Shown: positions 1-10,542, numbered from the stretch's first letter. The stretch: DNA of 64,000 bases from Alphaproteobacteria bacterium (GCA_041738135.1 JBGSQK010000018.1:4103-68102); one strand, 5' to 3'. The notes: a model not told the origin generated them from the letters alone. Translations and numbers: made by a program.

Positions 1-347
1 TTAAAGCTGCATATCCTCATATACCCATCATAAGCTTTAATAAGGGTCAGGAGAGGGCTTATAATGAGTATTTAGCAAAAGTCCCCGTAAACGGAGTCGC
101 GCTAGGTCCCAACACCAATTTCAAGATGGCTGTAGAAAATCTCCAAAAATTTGTAGCAGTTCAAGGCGCCATGGATCCACAATTATTGGTACTGGGAGGT
201 CAAGTTATGATAGAAGATATTGAAAGACATATTTATCTAGCGGGCGAAAGACCTTACATATTTAATTTGGGTCACGGAATTGTTCCTGAAACCCCCTTGG
301 AAAACGTTCAGCTAGTTCTTGATACATTGGATAGGATTTGTAAATGA
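1..347 (+). CDS. hemE: uroporphyrinogen decarboxylase, C-terminal part (gene starts upstream of window)
   Basis: Frame 3 is open from position 3 to the stop at 345-347. The translation ...HIPIISFNKGQERAYNEYL...YIFNLGHGIVPETPLENV matches the conserved HemE C-terminus (FNLGHGI motif). The stop overlaps the hemH ATG (ATGA). Confidence 0.75.
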   Translation, partial: KAAYPHIPIISFNKGQERAYNEYLAKVPVNGVALGPNTNFKMAVENLQKFVAVQGAMDPQLLVLGGQVMIEDIERHIYLAGERPYIFNLGHGIVPETPLENVQLVLDTLDRICK

Positions 348-1339
348 AAGCGGTTGTTATCTTTAATTTAGGTGGACCTGATAATCTCAAGAATGTCAGA
401 CCATTCCTTTTTAACCTATTTTACGACAAAGCAATTCTGAATTTAATAAATCCATTCAGATATTTGCTTGCTAAACTTGTGAGTACTAGAAGAAATTCAA
501 CAGCCCAAGATATTTATAAGCATTTAGGCGGCAGATCTCCCATTTTAGAGGAGACTCAAAAACAAGCAGATGCTCTTCAAAAATCATTAGGGGAAGATTA
601 TAAAGTTTTCGTATGCATGCGTTATTGGTTCCCCTTAATTGATTCCGTCATAAAGCAAGTTATGGATTCTAATCCAGAAGAAATAATTTTACTCCCTTTG
701 TACCCCCAGTATTCTCTTGCCACAACGGGATCGTTTTTTGATGCTTGGGATAAGGCTATGAAGGAAACCGGTTGTTTAATCCCTTTAAGAAAAATTTGTT
801 GTTATCCGAGTAATTCCCTGTTTAATAAATCATATATGGCTATCATATCTCAGGAGATAAAGAATCAGAACATTCCTCAAAATGCTCGATATTTATTTTC
901 TGCGCATGGCTTGCCAAAGAAAAATATTGCTCAAGGGGATCCATATGAAGAGCACGTACATTTTTCAGTTAATGAAGTTACAAAAGGACTTCCTTTAATT
1001 AGAGACTATGTGATCTGCTATCAAAGCAAGGTAGGGCCTTTGGAATGGTTGGGGCCTTCAACTGAAGATGAAATCTTAAGAGCAGCAAATGATAAAGTCC
1101 CCATCGTTATTGTTCCCATAAGCTTTGTTTCTGAAAATTCAGAAACCCTATATGAACTGGATTATTTATACCACACTTACGCAAATTCTTTAGGGCTAAC
1201 ACAGTATTATCGCATACCCACTGTGCAAGCCAACACATTGTTTATTGAGGCATTAGCTTCTCTAGTACAAAATGAACATCAACAACCTTGTTTAGCAATA
1301 AGATGCCAACTATCATGTAATTCATTGAGAGCAGCATAA
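344..1339 (+). CDS. hemH: ferrochelatase
   Basis: 331 aa. N-terminal VIFNLGGPD...VRPFLFNLFYD and the overall length are typical of ferrochelatase. It is translationally coupled to hemE upstream and hemJ downstream. Confidence 0.8.
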   Translation: MKAVVIFNLGGPDNLKNVRPFLFNLFYDKAILNLINPFRYLLAKLVSTRRNSTAQDIYKHLGGRSPILEETQKQADALQKSLGEDYKVFVCMRYWFPLIDSVIKQVMDSNPEEIILLPLYPQYSLATTGSFFDAWDKAMKETGCLIPLRKICCYPSNSLFNKSYMAIISQEIKNQNIPQNARYLFSAHGLPKKNIAQGDPYEEHVHFSVNEVTKGLPLIRDYVICYQSKVGPLEWLGPSTEDEILRAANDKVPIVIVPISFVSENSETLYELDYLYHTYANSLGLTQYYRIPTVQANTLFIEALASLVQNEHQQPCLAIRCQLSCNSLRAA

Positions 1340-1791
1340 TGGAAATGTTTGATCTTTCAGCTTATTATCTATGGATAAAGTCTTTCCATATTATTAGCGT
1401 CATTAGTTGGATGGCTGCCATGTTTTATCTACCCCGCTTGTTTGTCTATCACTCGCAATCGCAACCAGGATCAGATATGTCCAATCAGCTTTTGGTAATG
1501 GAAGAACGTCTCATAAGAATTATTATGAACCCTGCCATGATCATGACTTACTTATTCGGTATAATCTTGATTTTGACCCCTGGCATTGTAAGTTGGACGG
1601 AAGGTTGGCTGCATGTAAAACTCTTACTGGTTTTGCTGCTCTCAGCCATTCATGGGCTGAACATAAAATGGTACAAAGGCTTTAAATGCGAAGAAAGAAA
1701 TATAAGCCATGTGTATTTTCGTGTTGCAAATGAGATTCCAGTTGTTATAATGGTGGTGATTGTCATTATGGTTGTTGTAAAACCTTTTTAG
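1339..1791 (+). CDS. hemJ: protoporphyrinogen IX oxidase HemJ-like small membrane protein
   Basis: 150 aa polytopic membrane protein. Its start overlaps the hemH stop (TAATG). Size, hydrophobicity and position after hemH fit the HemJ/UPF0093 family. Confidence 0.55.
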   Translation: MEMFDLSAYYLWIKSFHIISVISWMAAMFYLPRLFVYHSQSQPGSDMSNQLLVMEERLIRIIMNPAMIMTYLFGIILILTPGIVSWTEGWLHVKLLLVLLLSAIHGLNIKWYKGFKCEERNISHVYFRVANEIPVVIMVVIVIMVVVKPF

Positions 1792-1849
1792 AGCAGCCAT
1801 TCACAAAAACAGTCATTTCCCTCAACATTTCCAATCGGTAAAGCATGTC

Positions 1850-3106
1850 ATGAATATTCGAGATTTAAAAAAGAAAGCACCGGCCGAACTTTTACGTATG
1901 GCCGAAGAATTAGAAATTGAAAACGCCAGCACACTTCGGACCCAGGATATTATTTATGGTATCCTGAGAAAGTCCGCTGAGCAAGATGTGGCGATTTTCG
2001 GACAAGGTATTTTAGAAATACTACAAGATGGTTTTGGTTTCCTAAGATCACCTGAAGCAAACTATCTTCCTGGCCCTGATGATATATATGTATCGCCTAG
2101 TCAAATCAGACGTTTTGGTTTAAGAACTGGCGATACGGTTGAAGGCCAGATTCGTTCGCCAAAAGAAGGTGAAAGATACTTCGCTCTTCTTAAAGTGAAC
2201 ACCATTAACTTTGAAGCGCCTGAAAATGTCAAAAACAGAATTAACTTTGACAATCTGACACCACTTTATCCCGATGAACGTCTTCATCTGGAATCAAAAG
2301 CCCCTACAGACAAAGATTTAACTCGTCGTGTTATTGACATAATTGCACCTTTAGGTAAGGGTCAGCGCGCACTAATCACAGCGCCACCTAGAACCGGTAA
2401 GACTGTCATGCTGCAAAATATTGCCCATGCCATCACGGATAATCATCCTGAGGTGTTTCTTATCGTTCTGCTCATCGACGAGCGTCCTGAGGAAGTTACG
2501 GACATGCAGCGTTCTGTTAAAGGTGAAGTAGTGAGTTCAACTTTCGATGAGCCCGCAAACAGACATATTCAAGTTGCTGAAATGGTTATCGAAAAAGCTA
2601 AGAGACTTGTGGAATACAAGCGAGATGTGGTTATTCTTCTCGATTCCATAACCAGGCTTGCTCGTGCCTATAACACAGTTATCCCGTCATCTGGCAAGGT
2701 TTTAACTGGTGGTGTGGATGCCAACGCCCTTCAAAGGCCTAAACGTTTCTTTGGCGCGGCAAGAAATATTGAGGAAGGTGGGTCTCTAACCATTATTGCG
2801 ACAGCATTGGTGGATACTGGTTCCCGTATGGACGAAGTTATCTTTGAAGAATTTAAAGGTACTGGCAACAGCGAAATTATTTTGGATAGAAAACTTTCTG
2901 ACAAACGTGTATTCCCATCTATCGATATCACTAAGTCAGGAACCCGTAAGGAAGACCTCCTATTGGATAAAAACGAATTGGCCAAAACATGGGTGTTGCG
3001 TCGTATTCTTGACCCCATGGGACCAAATGATGGCATGGAGTTCCTCGTTGAAAAGCTTCGGACTACAAAGAGTAACGAAGAGTTTTACTTCTCAATGAAC
3101 ACGTAA
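1850..3106 (+). CDS. rho: transcription termination factor Rho
   Basis: 418 aa. N-terminal [33 protein letters not shown] and the RecA-like ATPase core ([18 protein letters not shown]) are typical of Rho. Confidence 0.95.
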   Translation: MNIRDLKKKAPAELLRMAEELEIENASTLRTQDIIYGILRKSAEQDVAIFGQGILEILQDGFGFLRSPEANYLPGPDDIYVSPSQIRRFGLRTGDTVEGQIRSPKEGERYFALLKVNTINFEAPENVKNRINFDNLTPLYPDERLHLESKAPTDKDLTRRVIDIIAPLGKGQRALITAPPRTGKTVMLQNIAHAITDNHPEVFLIVLLIDERPEEVTDMQRSVKGEVVSSTFDEPANRHIQVAEMVIEKAKRLVEYKRDVVILLDSITRLARAYNTVIPSSGKVLTGGVDANALQRPKRFFGAARNIEEGGSLTIIATALVDTGSRMDEVIFEEFKGTGNSEIILDRKLSDKRVFPSIDITKSGTRKEDLLLDKNELAKTWVLRRILDPMGPNDGMEFLVEKLRTTKSNEEFYFSMNT

Positions 3107-3108
3107 AG

Positions 3109-3124
3109 TGTTTCACGTGAAACA
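3109..3124. promoter_or_regulatory. parS: parS centromere site (perfect 16-bp consensus palindrome TGTTTCACGTGAAACA)
   Basis: An exact match to the canonical ParB-binding parS consensus lies in the 20-bp gap between rho and rsmG, directly upstream of rsmG-parA-parB. Confidence 0.85.
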
Positions 3125-3126
3125 AT

Positions 3127-3693
3127 ATGACTGAATCAGAAAAGATTGCCGCTTATTGCGAACTGTTAATTAAATGGAACGCAAAAATCAATCTCATCGG
3201 ACGTGCCACCGTGACAGATATCATGGAAAGGCACGTCCATGATTGTTTACAATTATCCGAGTATTTACCTGATAAAGAAGCCAAAATAGTAGATTTAGGA
3301 ACGGGCGCGGGGTTGCCCGGTATTTTATTGGCCATAAAAGGCTATAAAAACATTACACTTATCGAGTCAGATCAGAAAAAATGTGTATTTTTAAGGGAAG
3401 CCCGTCGAGCTCTAAATCTGGAATGTGAAATTCTTGAAGCAAGAATTGAAGATATTGATAATCGTAAATTTGATATTATTGTGAGTCGAGCCATGGCATC
3501 ATTTATGGACCTACTGAATCTAAGCGAACCGCTTTTATTTAAGGATAGTAAGTGTTTATTCATGAAGGGGCAGTCATACCAGGATGAAATTGATCAAGTA
3601 AGCAAATCTTGGAATTATGTTATTAAGATAAATTCTAGTAAAACAGGTTGCGGCGGCGTCATTTTAGAGGTACAAAATATAAGTAGAATATGA
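3127..3693 (+). CDS. rsmG: 16S rRNA (guanine527-N7)-methyltransferase RsmG/GidB
   Basis: 188 aa. The SAM-binding motif DLGTGAGLPGILLAI and the conserved position upstream of parAB support the call. Confidence 0.85.
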   Translation: MTESEKIAAYCELLIKWNAKINLIGRATVTDIMERHVHDCLQLSEYLPDKEAKIVDLGTGAGLPGILLAIKGYKNITLIESDQKKCVFLREARRALNLECEILEARIEDIDNRKFDIIVSRAMASFMDLLNLSEPLLFKDSKCLFMKGQSYQDEIDQVSKSWNYVIKINSSKTGCGGVILEVQNISRI

Positions 3694-3711
3694 AAATGAG
3701 AGAACAGGATC

Positions 3712-4518
3712 TTGCGCCCAACCATAATCGCGATCGCTAATCAAAAAGGCGGTGTTGGCAAAACCACTACAGCCGTAAATGTGGCGACGACGCTTGCTGC
3801 TGTCAGAAAAAAGACGTTGCTTATCGATTTTGACCCACAGGGTAATGCCACCACAGGATTAGGATACAGGATTAGCCATAATCAGCCAGGTATTTATCAA
3901 GTTTTATCTGGAGATGTACACATTTCACAGGCTATCTTGGAAACGAACATACCTAAATTAGATATTATCCAATCGTCCATGGACTTATCCGCGGCTGAAA
4001 TTGAATTGGTGAATCAGGATAAGAGAGAATTTATTCTTAAATCTTGTTTTTCCAATCTCATAGGTCAGTATGAATATATAATAATCGATTGCCCACCAGC
4101 TTTAGGATTGCTTACCATAAATGCTTTCGTCGCGGCAGATAAAGTTTTAATCCCTCTGCAATGCGAATATTTTGCTTTGGAAGGCTTGAGTTCCCTCATT
4201 AAAACAGTAAGGCGCATCAAAAATGCATTGAACCCATCTCTTGATATATTAGGTATACTTCTCACAATGCACGACAAACGAAGTGCTCTTTGTCAAATGA
4301 TTGAAGACGATGTGCGTAAAACATTAGGATCTATGGTTTTTAATACGGTTATCCCAAGGAATGTTAAGGTAAGCGAAGCACCCTCACATGGCAAACCAGT
4401 TCTATTATATGATATAGCTTGTAGTGGTTCTCAAGCGTATGTTCGAGTAACATCTGAAATCTTAAAAAGGATACAAAATAATTATGACCATATCAGCAAA
4501 GAAAAATCCGCTCGGTAG
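3712..4518 (+). CDS. parA: chromosome partitioning ATPase ParA (Soj)
   Basis: IAIANQKGGVGKTTTAVNVA deviant Walker A motif. 268 aa. The start is apparently a TTG at 3712. Confidence 0.9.
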   Translation: MRPTIIAIANQKGGVGKTTTAVNVATTLAAVRKKTLLIDFDPQGNATTGLGYRISHNQPGIYQVLSGDVHISQAILETNIPKLDIIQSSMDLSAAEIELVNQDKREFILKSCFSNLIGQYEYIIIDCPPALGLLTINAFVAADKVLIPLQCEYFALEGLSSLIKTVRRIKNALNPSLDILGILLTMHDKRSALCQMIEDDVRKTLGSMVFNTVIPRNVKVSEAPSHGKPVLLYDIACSGSQAYVRVTSEILKRIQNNYDHISKEKSAR

Positions 4519-5362
4519 AGGGTTATCGGCTTTATTGGGACCAGATATCGAAGGTGATTCCAGTGATAAGCTTATGTACGTGGAATCAAATTCTATAACC
4601 ATTTCCAAATATCAAACTCGAACTGATTTCAATGAAAAAGAACTAGCTGAACTAGCCGCTTCCATAAAGGAAGTAGGCATTTTACAACCTTTGGTTGTAA
4701 GGCGCAGCGATTTTGATTCTTTTGAATTGATCGCTGGTGAACGGCGCTTGAGAGCCTCAATCCTTGCTGGTTTAACCGAGGTGCCTGTTCTCATAAAAGA
4801 TTTTGATGATAAAACAGCTTTTGAAGCAACCCTAATTGAGAACATCCAACGCAGTGATTTGTCACCCATTGAAGAAGCCATAGGCTATCAACAATTTATA
4901 GAGGAATTTGGCTATACTCAAGAGAAGTTAAGCGACTTTGTGGGTAAAAGTCGCAGTCACATAGCCAACACGTTGCGACTGTTAAATCTATCAGATAAAA
5001 TTAAACAATACGTACATGAAGGTCTCATATCCCCAGGACATGCAAGGGCTTTATTGACGGCTGATAATGCCGAAAATCTGGTAGAACAGATTATTGCTAA
5101 GAAACTGAATGTGAGACAAGCAGAAGCTCTATCTAGTAAAAAAGCTTCAACGCCTAGAGTTCAAAGAACAGTTGGCGCAGGTCAGGATGAAGACATATTT
5201 TCACTGCAAGAGCAAATGTCCACGATTTTAAAGGCCGATGTGGTTATCAAAATTAATGGCCATAAGGGGCAAATACAAATCGAGTTTTCTTCCCTAGAGC
5301 AATTGGATGAGTTGATTACTAAGTTATCAAGGGTATCTGATATGGGAATAGGGCAAAATTGA
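4484..5362 (+). CDS. parB: chromosome partitioning protein ParB (Spo0J)
   Basis: The GRGLSALLG N-terminal motif and the ParB box LIAGERRLRAS are present. The start overlaps the parA end. Confidence 0.9.
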   Translation: MTISAKKNPLGRGLSALLGPDIEGDSSDKLMYVESNSITISKYQTRTDFNEKELAELAASIKEVGILQPLVVRRSDFDSFELIAGERRLRASILAGLTEVPVLIKDFDDKTAFEATLIENIQRSDLSPIEEAIGYQQFIEEFGYTQEKLSDFVGKSRSHIANTLRLLNLSDKIKQYVHEGLISPGHARALLTADNAENLVEQIIAKKLNVRQAEALSSKKASTPRVQRTVGAGQDEDIFSLQEQMSTILKADVVIKINGHKGQIQIEFSSLEQLDELITKLSRVSDMGIGQN

Positions 5363-5512
5363 AGATGAGAGTGTCTTTGACGCAATTTGCTATGATAAGA
5401 GGCTCTGCCTTGCACACGGGCTATTTAAGTGAAGAGATCTTTATTGGCAGCTAAAGTTTAAGAATATAGCTATCTCTTGACGAATCGGCAAACCATACTT
5501 ATATTAATACTA

Positions 5513-5535
5513 AGCCCTGATGACAGGGCTTTGTA
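5513..5535 (+). terminator. putative intrinsic terminator after parB (AGCCCTG-N4-CAGGGCT followed by TTTGT)
   Basis: A 7-bp GC-rich stem plus a short U-tract lies about 150 bp downstream of the parB stop. Confidence 0.4.
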
Positions 5536-5673
5536 ACTAAAAGGCGAACTGACTCTAAATGTCAACATACGAGAACTTTAACATCGTAATTATCTCCCTC
5601 ATTATTATCGGCTAAGGCCGATACATACACTCACAACCATATACCAACTCTGACTTTTAAAATTCTCACCAAA

Positions 5674-6939
5674 ATGAGGTTAATTATGTTTGACTCAAAA
5701 TATAAATACATGTCCTATGTGATGTGGCTATTTCCTGTCTTATTCTTCGCGTATCAATTCATCTTAAGGCTGTGGCCGGGGTTAATGATGAATCAAATGA
5801 TGGAGCAATTTTCCATTGATGCCAGCCATTTTGGCATGTTGGCGGCATTTTACTATTATGGTTATGCGGCAATGCAGATTCCTGTAGCCATACTGCTAGA
5901 CCGTTATGGCGTAAGAATCATACTATTTGTTTTTGCCATGACCTGCGGTGTTGCTACTCTGATGTTCATCTATACAGAAAGCTTCTGGCTTGCGGTTGTC
6001 AGCCGATTTTTGATCGGTGCTGGTTCAGCGGTTGGATTCCTTAGTGTTTCCAAGGTAGTTTCACAATGGTTTCCCAAAGATCAATATGCCCGCATGATCA
6101 GTTTTTCCTTCACCGTAGGACTTATGGGAGCAGTGTACGGGGGCAAGCCAGTCAACATGCTGATTGAGGCCTACAGTTGGCAATATGTAGCACTGACCCT
6201 GGCTGTAATTTCTATGATTCTTGGTCTAGGCACCCTACTAATGCTTCGCACACCTAATACCGTTGTTAATATCAAGCAATCCTTTCGATGGAACTGCCTA
6301 ACAGAACTGCTCACCACACCCGTTATTTGGATGCTTGCCTTGGCAAATTTGCTTATGGTAGGTGCTTTGGAAGGTTTTGCTGATGTCTGGGGTGTTCAGT
6401 ACCTAATGACAGCCTATGACATTGCGAAGGGAGATGCGGCTGGACTGGTATCATTCGTGTTCATAGGCATGCTGTTCGGAGGGCCATTGCTGGCAGCTAT
6501 GGCCAAGCGTGTTGGTGACTATTCGGTACTGTCTATGGCAGGAATACTAATAGCTCTGGCGTTCTCGATCCTATTCTTGAATACGATTTATAATTGGTGG
6601 CTATTGGCAACCCTTTTCTTCTCAGTGGGCATGCTGTGCTGTTATCAGGTTATAGTGTTTGCAGCCGGTTCCAATCTGGTCGCTCCTCAAAATCTAGGAG
6701 TAACAGTTGCGTTCTTGAATTGTATCAACATGCTTGGAGGCTCGTTCTTCCATACCTCTATAGGTAAGATCATGGATTTGTATTGGACAGGAACCTTAGA
6801 CGCTGAGAACCTGAGGGTATATGATCTTCACACCTACCAATATGCCTTAAGCATCATACCCATCTGTGCCATAATGGGCTCGACCATGATTTATGTGGTG
6901 GCGGCTAAGGTGAAGCGTCGTGCCATAGTTAACGCATAA
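5674..6939 (+). CDS. major facilitator superfamily transporter
   Basis: 421 aa with about 12 predicted TM helices and an MFS-like loop 2-3 region (LLDRYGVR). The substrate is unknown. Confidence 0.7.
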   Translation: MRLIMFDSKYKYMSYVMWLFPVLFFAYQFILRLWPGLMMNQMMEQFSIDASHFGMLAAFYYYGYAAMQIPVAILLDRYGVRIILFVFAMTCGVATLMFIYTESFWLAVVSRFLIGAGSAVGFLSVSKVVSQWFPKDQYARMISFSFTVGLMGAVYGGKPVNMLIEAYSWQYVALTLAVISMILGLGTLLMLRTPNTVVNIKQSFRWNCLTELLTTPVIWMLALANLLMVGALEGFADVWGVQYLMTAYDIAKGDAAGLVSFVFIGMLFGGPLLAAMAKRVGDYSVLSMAGILIALAFSILFLNTIYNWWLLATLFFSVGMLCCYQVIVFAAGSNLVAPQNLGVTVAFLNCINMLGGSFFHTSIGKIMDLYWTGTLDAENLRVYDLHTYQYALSIIPICAIMGSTMIYVVAAKVKRRAIVNA

Positions 6940-6983
6940 GTAATCTCCGCAAATGGCATTGAAGCGTTGTTAGCGGAGACAAT

Positions 6984-8501
6984 TTACCCCATAGAAGCAC
7001 GCCTATAAGCCAATGCCTCAGCCACATGCGGATAACAAACAGTTTCACTACCTTCCAGATCGGCAAGTGTGCGAGCTAATTTAAGGACACGGTGGTAACC
7101 GCGTGCGGATAGTTTAAAACGTTCACAGGCCTTACCAAGTAACTCTCTCCCTTGCGGATCCGGTGCTGCCACCTCCTCCAGTATTTTACCGTCGGCCTCA
7201 GCATTCGTTCGAATCAGTTTATCTTTGGCGTATATGGCATAGCGATTGATCTGCCGTTCCCGTGCGCGAGCAACCCGCGCGGCCACATCGATAGAGGTTT
7301 CCCGAGGTTGTGGCAGGCCTAAGTCCATGGCGGTAACCGCGGGTACATCAATTTGAATATCAATACGATCCAGCAATGGTCCTGAAATCTTCGATTGATA
7401 ATCAGCCCCACATCGAGGGGCTCTGGAACAGGCTCGGCTTACATCATCCATATGTCCACATCGACAGGGGTTCATAGCTGCTATAAGCTGTACTCGAGCT
7501 GGATAAACCACATGGGCATTGGCGCGAGCCACGACGGCCCGTCCTGATTCTAATGGCTGTCTCAAAGCTTCCAAAGTTGGGCGAGCAAATTCTGGTAGTT
7601 CATCTAAAAAAAGCACCCCTAAATGCGCTAGTGATACTTCTCCAGGTTGCACCCTTATACCGCCCCCTACTAAAGCCGCTAACGTGGCAGAATGATGAGG
7701 GTCCCGGAATGGACGATCTTTTAATAGCTTACCTTCCTTAAGTTGGCCAGCGATGCTGTGGATCATCGTTACCTCTAATGCTTCAGAAGGGCTTAATGGT
7801 GGCAGTATCCCTGGCAAGCGAGAGGCCAACATAGATTTCCCTGCGCCTGGAGGCCCACACATAAGCATATTGTGTCCGCCTGCCGCTGCCACCTCCAAAG
7901 CCCGTTTAGCCATCTCCTGGCCCTTTATATCAACGAGGTCTGGTTTATGGGTCGACGAGATTTCAAGACTTGGTGTCGGTGGAGATAAAACTTGTGATCC
8001 TTTAAAGTGATTGATAATGGATATGAGATTGGGCGCCGCCAGAACTTCTGCCCCATCGGCCCATGCAGCCTCTCCACCCGATGCTTCAGGGCAGATCAGA
8101 CCATGCCCGCGGGCGAGCGCATCAATTGCCGCTGGCAAGGCGCCAGATACAGCCGTCATAGTACCGTCTAAGGCCAACTCGCCAAGAGCTGTATAGCCCC
8201 GAAGCTGGTCTTCAGGCAAAACCCCAAGTTTCACGAGAAGTGCAAGGGCTATGGGAAGGTCATAATGGCTTCCCTCTTTTTGTATGTCTGCTGGCGACAA
8301 GTTAACCGTTATATGTTGAGGAGGTAAGGCTAAACCCATGGCATGCAGGGCTGCCGCCACTCTTTCGCGGGATTCTCCTACCGCTTTGTCCGCAAGGCCT
8401 ACCACGACAAATTTAGGTAATCCCGGGGCAAAATGAACTTGAACATCAATGGGTTGGACGTCGATTCCCTGAAACGCCACTGTAGTAATATTGGCTACCA
8501 T
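6984..8501 (-). CDS. comM: Mg-chelatase-like AAA+ ATPase YifB/ComM family
   Basis: 505 aa. The Lon-protease-like N-terminus (VVGLADKAVGESRERV) and an AAA+ core with MLMCGPPGAGKS Walker A fit YifB/ComM. Confidence 0.85.
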   Translation of the reverse strand: MVANITTVAFQGIDVQPIDVQVHFAPGLPKFVVVGLADKAVGESRERVAAALHAMGLALPPQHITVNLSPADIQKEGSHYDLPIALALLVKLGVLPEDQLRGYTALGELALDGTMTAVSGALPAAIDALARGHGLICPEASGGEAAWADGAEVLAAPNLISIINHFKGSQVLSPPTPSLEISSTHKPDLVDIKGQEMAKRALEVAAAGGHNMLMCGPPGAGKSMLASRLPGILPPLSPSEALEVTMIHSIAGQLKEGKLLKDRPFRDPHHSATLAALVGGGIRVQPGEVSLAHLGVLFLDELPEFARPTLEALRQPLESGRAVVARANAHVVYPARVQLIAAMNPCRCGHMDDVSRACSRAPRCGADYQSKISGPLLDRIDIQIDVPAVTAMDLGLPQPRETSIDVAARVARARERQINRYAIYAKDKLIRTNAEADGKILEEVAAPDPQGRELLGKACERFKLSARGYHRVLKLARTLADLEGSETVCYPHVAEALAYRRASMG

Positions 8502-9462
8502 TTTGACTCTTATTCCTTATTATTTTTTCAGCCTTGTCCCAAAATATTTCTTCCCCATTGATGCCGTTTAATTCCTTAAATGGAACAAGCCCAGTGGGAG
8601 AAGTCACATTAATTTCAATCAGATACTCACCTATTACATCAATTCCAACAAAAAATAAACCCAGTTCCCGCAAACGCGGACCGATTGTTTTACATATTTC
8701 CATATCACGGGCAGAAAGCTCGCACCGTTCAGCCGTGCCACCCATTAATTGGTTGCTGCGTACCTCGCCCTTTAGTGGAACTCTTCTATAACCACCCAAA
8801 AGTTCTCCGTCTATAAGTACCAATCTTTTGTCACCGGTTAAGACTTCCTTCAAGAATGGCTGTACGATGAAAGGCAATCCCGGGTAACTTCGTGTTAGCA
8901 GTTGATATAAGGATTTCAATTGCCCTTCTTTGGAGCGCACATGAAAAACACTATTTCCCCCGAAATCGAACAAAGGTTTGATGATAACTTCTTCGTGATG
9001 ATGACAAAAAGCTTCTACTTCAGACCAATTCTGTGAAATAAGGGTCGGTGGAATCAGATCCTGAAACTCCAGTGGTAGAAGTTTTTCCACTGCATTTCTG
9101 ACTCCTGTAGGATTATTAAGTACAAGAGTTTTATGAGAAATCTGCTCCAGCATGTAGGTGCTAGAAATATAAGGCATATCAAAAGGAGGATCCTGTCTTA
9201 ACAAAATCACATCCAGCGAGCTCAAATCTAACTTATGTTCCTCGCCCTCATCGACGATGAATCCATTCAAATCATGTTGCAGGGATAGCTTCCTAGCTTT
9301 AGCCACCACTTTACCTGTCAAATACGATAGATCTTGTGGATGATAATAGCTCACAGAGTAACCCCTCTTTTGGGCTTCATAGGACAAAAGTAAACTCGTA
9401 TCCCGTTTTAGATTAAGTTTAACGATTGGGTCAATTTGCAGAGCTATTTTCAAGTTCATCAC
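8446..9462 (-). CDS. gshB: glutathione synthetase
   Basis: 338 aa with ATP-grasp motifs. The N-terminus MNLKIALQIDP and the C-terminal EINVTSPTG motif are typical GshB. The 3' end overlaps the comM start by about 56 nt. Confidence 0.85.
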   Translation of the reverse strand: MMNLKIALQIDPIVKLNLKRDTSLLLSYEAQKRGYSVSYYHPQDLSYLTGKVVAKARKLSLQHDLNGFIVDEGEEHKLDLSSLDVILLRQDPPFDMPYISSTYMLEQISHKTLVLNNPTGVRNAVEKLLPLEFQDLIPPTLISQNWSEVEAFCHHHEEVIIKPLFDFGGNSVFHVRSKEGQLKSLYQLLTRSYPGLPFIVQPFLKEVLTGDKRLVLIDGELLGGYRRVPLKGEVRSNQLMGGTAERCELSARDMEICKTIGPRLRELGLFFVGIDVIGEYLIEINVTSPTGLVPFKELNGINGEEIFWDKAEKIIRNKSQNGSQYYYSGVSGNRRPTH

Positions 9463-10169
9463 ATGGCCTTTGGTGCTGGAAATCCGCCGCTGTTGTAGGA
9501 ATCAGTAGAAATTGGCTGAACACTTATGGGCTCACCCTCCTGCACTGAAGAGGAATTATCCGCATTGTAAGACATGGTGGTTTGGCCTGCTGATCCATCC
9601 TTCATCCTTACGTGGCTGACCACATTCTTAACCCCATCAATTTTCCTAGCCATCTGAATAACATTATCCAATTCTTTTTGATTTTGAGCTATACCAATAA
9701 GATATACAATTCCGCCAACGGTTTTAACGTTGTAATTGATAGAACTTATGTCCTGATTGAATAGCATCTCAGTTGTAAGCTTAGTGGTTATCCATGAATC
9801 CTTCGCATATAAATTTACATCGCTATTACCCAAACGAGTTTCATCTATAACCTCTTTAACACCTCGAGCTTCCCATGCTAAACGCACAGCATCAATTTGT
9901 CTTAACGGAGTGTCCATAATTCCAGTCAGCAGCACACGACCCTGGCGCACTTGCAAGCCAACCAACTCAGATATTTTGGGGTCATAATCAAGCCAAAGCG
10001 CATTAATTGATGTGCGGATTTCCGTATCCGATAAGACTTCTCCAATTTTACGCTCTTCCGCAAGCGTGGTACCTAAGGAAGCCGTACCACCGACGATGGC
10101 CGCTGGTATACACCCTTGAAGTAAGGGCAACGTTGAAACAATCATTACTATACTTAATTTATTATTCAT
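9459..10169 (-). CDS. BON-domain lipoprotein (OsmY-like)
   Basis: Lipobox LLQGC after a signal peptide and two BON-like repeats. The ORF may start at the internal Met (MNNKLSIV). Confidence 0.6.
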   Translation of the reverse strand: MNNKLSIVMIVSTLPLLQGCIPAAIVGGTASLGTTLAEERKIGEVLSDTEIRTSINALWLDYDPKISELVGLQVRQGRVLLTGIMDTPLRQIDAVRLAWEARGVKEVIDETRLGNSDVNLYAKDSWITTKLTTEMLFNQDISSINYNVKTVGGIVYLIGIAQNQKELDNVIQMARKIDGVKNVVSHVRMKDGSAGQTTMSYNADNSSSVQEGEPISVQPISTDSYNSGGFPAPKAM

Positions 10170-10179
10170 ATCCATATCC

Positions 10180-10542
10180 TCATTTGTCAGTTCGCCACGC
10201 ATCTTTAAGATGATGGGGCATCCCCCATGGCACCACTACCATGACATCAAATCGTAATTGATTAAATGTTTTTTTTCTAGTTCTTGATAGGAAAATTTGT
10301 GCCGCATGCTGAATGCGTAATTTTTGCTTGGGCGAGATGCATTCTAAGCCCGTTCTCAGGTCTGGACGAGCCTTAACTTCTATAAAGAAAATCCCGCCTG
10401 ATTTAGAAGCAATGATATCAATTTCCCCTACTTTTGTCTTATAACGCCTTGCAAGGATGCGGTAACCTTTAAAACGTAAAAACCAAATGCAGACCGTTTC
10501 GGCAAACATACCTAAACGCCAGGATTTTTGTTTATTCTTCAT
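10180..10542 (-). CDS. yraN: YraN family (UPF0102) endonuclease
   Basis: The GEIDIIASK...FIEVKAR motif is characteristic of YraN. The likely start is MKNKQK, just after the rsmI end. Confidence 0.7.
   Translation of the reverse strand: MKNKQKSWRLGMFAETVCIWFLRFKGYRILARRYKTKVGEIDIIASKSGGIFFIEVKARPDLRTGLECISPKQKLRIQHAAQIFLSRTRKKTFNQLRFDVMVVVPWGMPHHLKDAWRTDK

Noticed and set aside
7553-8196. Plus-strand ORFs (62, 85, 61 aa) inside comM
   Set aside because: They lie antisense within a well-supported 505-aa AAA+ gene. They have low-complexity Ala/Pro-rich translations typical of GC-skewed antisense frames.
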